This document shows positions 60,641 through 64,000 of a stretch of DNA of 64,000 bases, piece by piece. The notes under the pieces were generated by a model that was not told the DNA's origin, searched no databases, and worked only from the letters and a program-made list of their open reading frames with translations. The stretch's first letter is position 1, and each line of letters begins with the position of its first letter. A program made the position numbers and the translations under genes. Where the stretch lies: contig CM060734.1 in assembly GCA_030704615.1 (NCBI GenBank), forward strand, positions 11,966,001 through 12,030,000, in the 5' to 3' direction. This DNA comes from Takakia lepidozioides (lineage: Eukaryota > Plantae > Bryophyta).

Positions 60641-62793
60641 CAATTGAATTGCCGAATTGGAGCAACAATTGGCTGAGGCATTACGACGACAAGCAGAGTT
60701 GGAGAAACAACGTGATGAGCAAGCAGATCCAGATGCAAGGTATAAAGAATTGGAAACAGCCTTTGCAAAGTTCAAATTGATGGCTGAAGGTGAGATGAGA
60801 GAATTGGAAAGTGCCGGTAAGGCACAATTGGAGGAGTTGGACCAATTGAGAGTGACTCCAGTGCAGGATCCATTTTTGTTGGGGACCCAGATTCTTGTCG
60901 ATTGGCGGGATGTTTGCTATGCTGACACACTCAATCAAGGTTACATTTATGACAGTAATATTTTGAAGGCAGCTCTCAATGGAGCAGAAGAGCCCATCGA
61001 TTTGGAGGAAGAGTGGCCATTCTTGTGTGACTATGAGATGGAGACTTTGGCAGTAGAGATGATTATTCAGGGCGATCTGGATGTGGTCGATCCTACTATG
61101 TTCCTTGCCACAGTAGGTGATCCTGCCTCTCGATGCTTTCTATATTACCAACAGTTAGAAAATCGATTCGAAGCGTGGAGGGCAGATGACTGCCAATATC
61201 ATATGGAATCGAAACCCAGGTTGTGCATTTTTGTCAACATTGCCTATGCCTAAGGAAGAGAAATTGCCCCCTATTTGGAGAAGGTGCAAGCCTTGGTGGC
61301 TATTGTGTTACAGGAGGAGAAGTTTCGGATTATGATTGAGAAGTCCTATTACAGGTATCGGAGGAGTAATAGTAGGGATTTGCATAGAGCTGTGTATGTC
61401 TAGACGTTGAGAGCTATTAGGAATCGATTGACATCATGGCTCTAGGCGAAGTCTTGGCCAAAGGTTTTGACTGATGATTGGGTGGTGGACTTGTCTATCA
61501 ATAGGCCCACAACAGCCGATATTGCCCAGGTGATTTCAATACATTCGACTCTTGTAATAAGTCTTACCAGGATTTCCATCACACCCACCAGACGCATACT
61601 GATCCATTGTGCTTCATGGCATCGATATTTTGTGGAGTGTTGGCGAAGTGGTATCTCCAGTTTGGTCATTGATGTGAACCAGCCGATGTTGGGTGGCTAT
61701 GAGTTTGGACTTGTGGCCAAGATATTGCACCAACCAGCCAGATGGATTCAAGTGTTTGAATTGATGTGCTTGACGGGTTTTAATCAGCCAACCGATTCTA
61801 CGATCTTTGACGATTGGGGGGGAACCCGATTTCACCCTTACGTTGCGATCACCAAGGCGCAGAGGGAAGCAGCTGACCGAGCCGGACATCGTCAATCGCA
61901 TGACCCTGATGGCAGGCAGAACAAGAAGCCTAGGAATTAGGTAGGAGCAGAGCCTTAGTGTTTGCGGGGGCGCTGCACAACAAGGAGTGGGGCTATGTAG
62001 AATAATAGAAATTTTTGGTTCAGATTTAATTTTAGGATTATTTAGTGCATTTCCTGCTCGATATACTCTGTGATACTATCGATACAAATTCGATATAGTA
62101 ACATTGCTCGATATTTTATGACGATCGATAGTCTGACTTGAATCGATAATAAAGAAAATGGATGAATGAATATTCTGGATGACTAGAAGAAGTTAGACGG
62201 TTATAGAAGTTGTTGAGACAGATTGTTATAATTGAGCTTCGGGACAATAGATCATTGTCAGATGAGCCAAAGAGCCGTGACCAGAGTGAGTATGTGTGTA
62301 GGAAATAGAAAATAGAGTAATTTTCTCAATGGTAGATTAGTCATGTGATGTTGCAACGTAATGTTTACGAATCATAGAAGAAGACAAGAAAAAGAAGGAA
62401 GTTCAATTCAATCTATTTTGTGTGAAGAAATGGAATGATGGAATGTGAATCTGATTCTGAATGTAATGATTGAGTAATTATGATTGTATGAGATGGTGAG
62501 AATGTGCATCATTGAAGGAGATGAGAATTCTGTGCGTGAATTAATTCTTGGGCTACTAAGAGATGTATCGATTCTGATATAAGAGTCTATCCCACAATGA
62601 TGCGAATTAGTGCAATTAGAGAGTGTAAGTAAAGCCTGGTACAAGGAGTTATCAATTCTATACAAACATTGTCATCTGCAACGTAAGTGGATCCAGATGT
62701 GGTGTCGTCCTTTAGATGGATATTCAGAATATATGAAGGCACGGATCAAAAACTTTGGAGTAGGAAGACCTTGATTGAATTAGACAGGGGAGA
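60641..62793 (+). mobile_element. Second copy of the family X 3' region (ORF fragment, PPT 61982-61992, LTR from 61996), cut by an LTR insertion
   Basis: Reverse-complement match to ca. 54327-56476; ORFs 60657..61253 and 61467..61940 mirror 55781..56620 and 55181..55670. Confidence 0.9.
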
Positions 62794-63519
62794 TGTCGCG
62801 GCCCTTTGCCTTAAGGGCAGGGGGTCGGGACACGTGAGGGGCTGCCCCTGTGGTGGGGGCAGTGGCAACATTAGTTGTGGGGGCTGAAGCACCCTTGAGT
62901 GCCCAAGGCACTCAAGGAGGCGGAGGCGCTCACTAGGTGGAGCCCCGCACACCGGGTTGCGGTGGGGGTGGTTCCACAAGGGGTGGTGATAGCTTAGTGG
63001 GACTTAGTGGGGGTGGCATAGGACTCACCATGGGGGCGGGGACCTTGTGGTGGGAGTCGTGGGGAGTCTTGGGACTCATCACGGTCCAATGGGACTGTGG
63101 TGGGTGGGCCAAGAGTCACCGCGACTCATCACCGGGAATCGAGGGTTTTTGTGGTGGTTCGCCATAAAATGGCATGGTTGTTTGTGAAACCCCCGCGGAT
63201 AGTCACAGAAGTATATATAGGGAGTAGTAACCCCGAGAACGGTGCAAGCCCGTTGGTGTCCAAAAACTAGTGAGTAAGCGTGTGAGCTGGAAAGCGACCA
63301 AGGTGTGGGGAGCTATTCCGGACTGCCATCGACCAAAGGGAATTTCCACTAGACCCAAATTGGGAGAGGGTCTTGTGGAGGAGTAAAGGGGGACCGTTAT
63401 GTCCCGGTGAGCAGCCGAAGCTCCGAGTTGGCCTGGCGGCCAGTTAGGGAGTTAGGCGCGCGCATCAAAGCGAGTAACTATGACTTGAAGGGGAGCTTAC
63501 CGAAGTGAGGTGCGCGACA
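62794..63519 (+). mobile_element. 5' LTR (726 bp) of a Ty3/gypsy element
   Basis: TGTCGCG...CGCGACA ends, followed by PBS and gag. Confidence 0.93.
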
Positions 63520-63521
63520 CT

Positions 63522-63533
63522 TGGTATCAGAGC
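63522..63533 (+). promoter_or_regulatory. Primer-binding site for tRNA-iMet
   Basis: tggtatcagagc 2 nt after the LTR end. Confidence 0.92.
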
Positions 63534-63574
63534 TTAGAGTTCAGTACGCGATCGTCCTTGGGATCGGCCTCATC

Positions 63575-64000
63575 ATGGGGTCGGGCAAGTCAAAGCGAAA
63601 GCGGAACGGCCCGAAAGATGATGCTCCTGATGAGCCCGATGGGGGGATGTGTCACCGAAGCGGCCATTTGAGGAAGCAATTCATGCCTTTGGAAGTGAGG
63701 CCGCTCAAGGATAGGAGGAATCTGAGGAGTCGGAGCCCGAGGAATTCCTGAGAGCTCCGACAGACCAACAGATGCCTCCTATGCCAGCATCCTTTTGGGA
63801 AGGGTTGTTGGCGCAATTTGGCGGGACGTTGAAAGACGTGTTGAAGGCGGCTAATGCCACTTCCACTAAGACAAAGTTTAAGGTGAAGCCTAAGGAACCT
63901 GACACCTTCAAGGGCGTCTGAAATTGGAAGGCACTCAACACCTGGCTCTTGGAGCTAGAGCAGTACTTCCGGGCGGCCAAGTTGAGTGACGAGGATCGGG
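63575..64000 (+). pseudogene. Ty3/gypsy gag N-terminus (disrupted; runs off the window)
   Basis: ATG at 63575; KVKPKEPDTFKG..KALNTWLLELEQYFRAAKL gag motif with an in-frame stop. Confidence 0.8.

Overview
Eukaryotic, intron-rich, transposon-dense land-plant-type DNA. A non-seed plant is my guess from the TE families, not a proven assignment. There are three intact host genes: a small FYV7/CCDC59-like rRNA-processing gene (+, 7187-8698), a PMT/QUA2-family (DUF248) membrane-anchored SAM methyltransferase (-, 9973-15097) and TRM6/GCD10, the non-catalytic subunit of the tRNA m1A58 methyltransferase (-, 25769-44474). Most of the rest is mobile DNA. (i) Two decayed copies of an unusual LINE (ca. 200-6400 minus; ca. 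22400-25183 plus). Their ORF carries a 2A/StopGo-like peptide (LLRCGDIHPNPGP), an APE endonuclease and RT. Downstream of RT there is a segment that aligns by eye with the PCIF1/CAPAM-type N6-adenine methyltransferase domain; the overall layout recalls RandI/Dualen LINEs of green algae. (ii) Six head-to-tail copies of a second LINE with (TC)n tails fill a 13-kb TRM6 intron. Most copies are joined to the next through a TC microsatellite, and one young copy lies in frame with a TRM6 exon. (iii) Non-autonomous MULE-, hAT- and CACTA-type elements; one holds a ca. 240-bp tandem array with a near-perfect hairpin in its units. (iv) A nested Ty3/gypsy LTR cluster (44.7-64 kb), including two families with unidentified ORFs directly upstream of the polypurine tract. 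All family assignments come from motif recognition by eye; no database searches were run.
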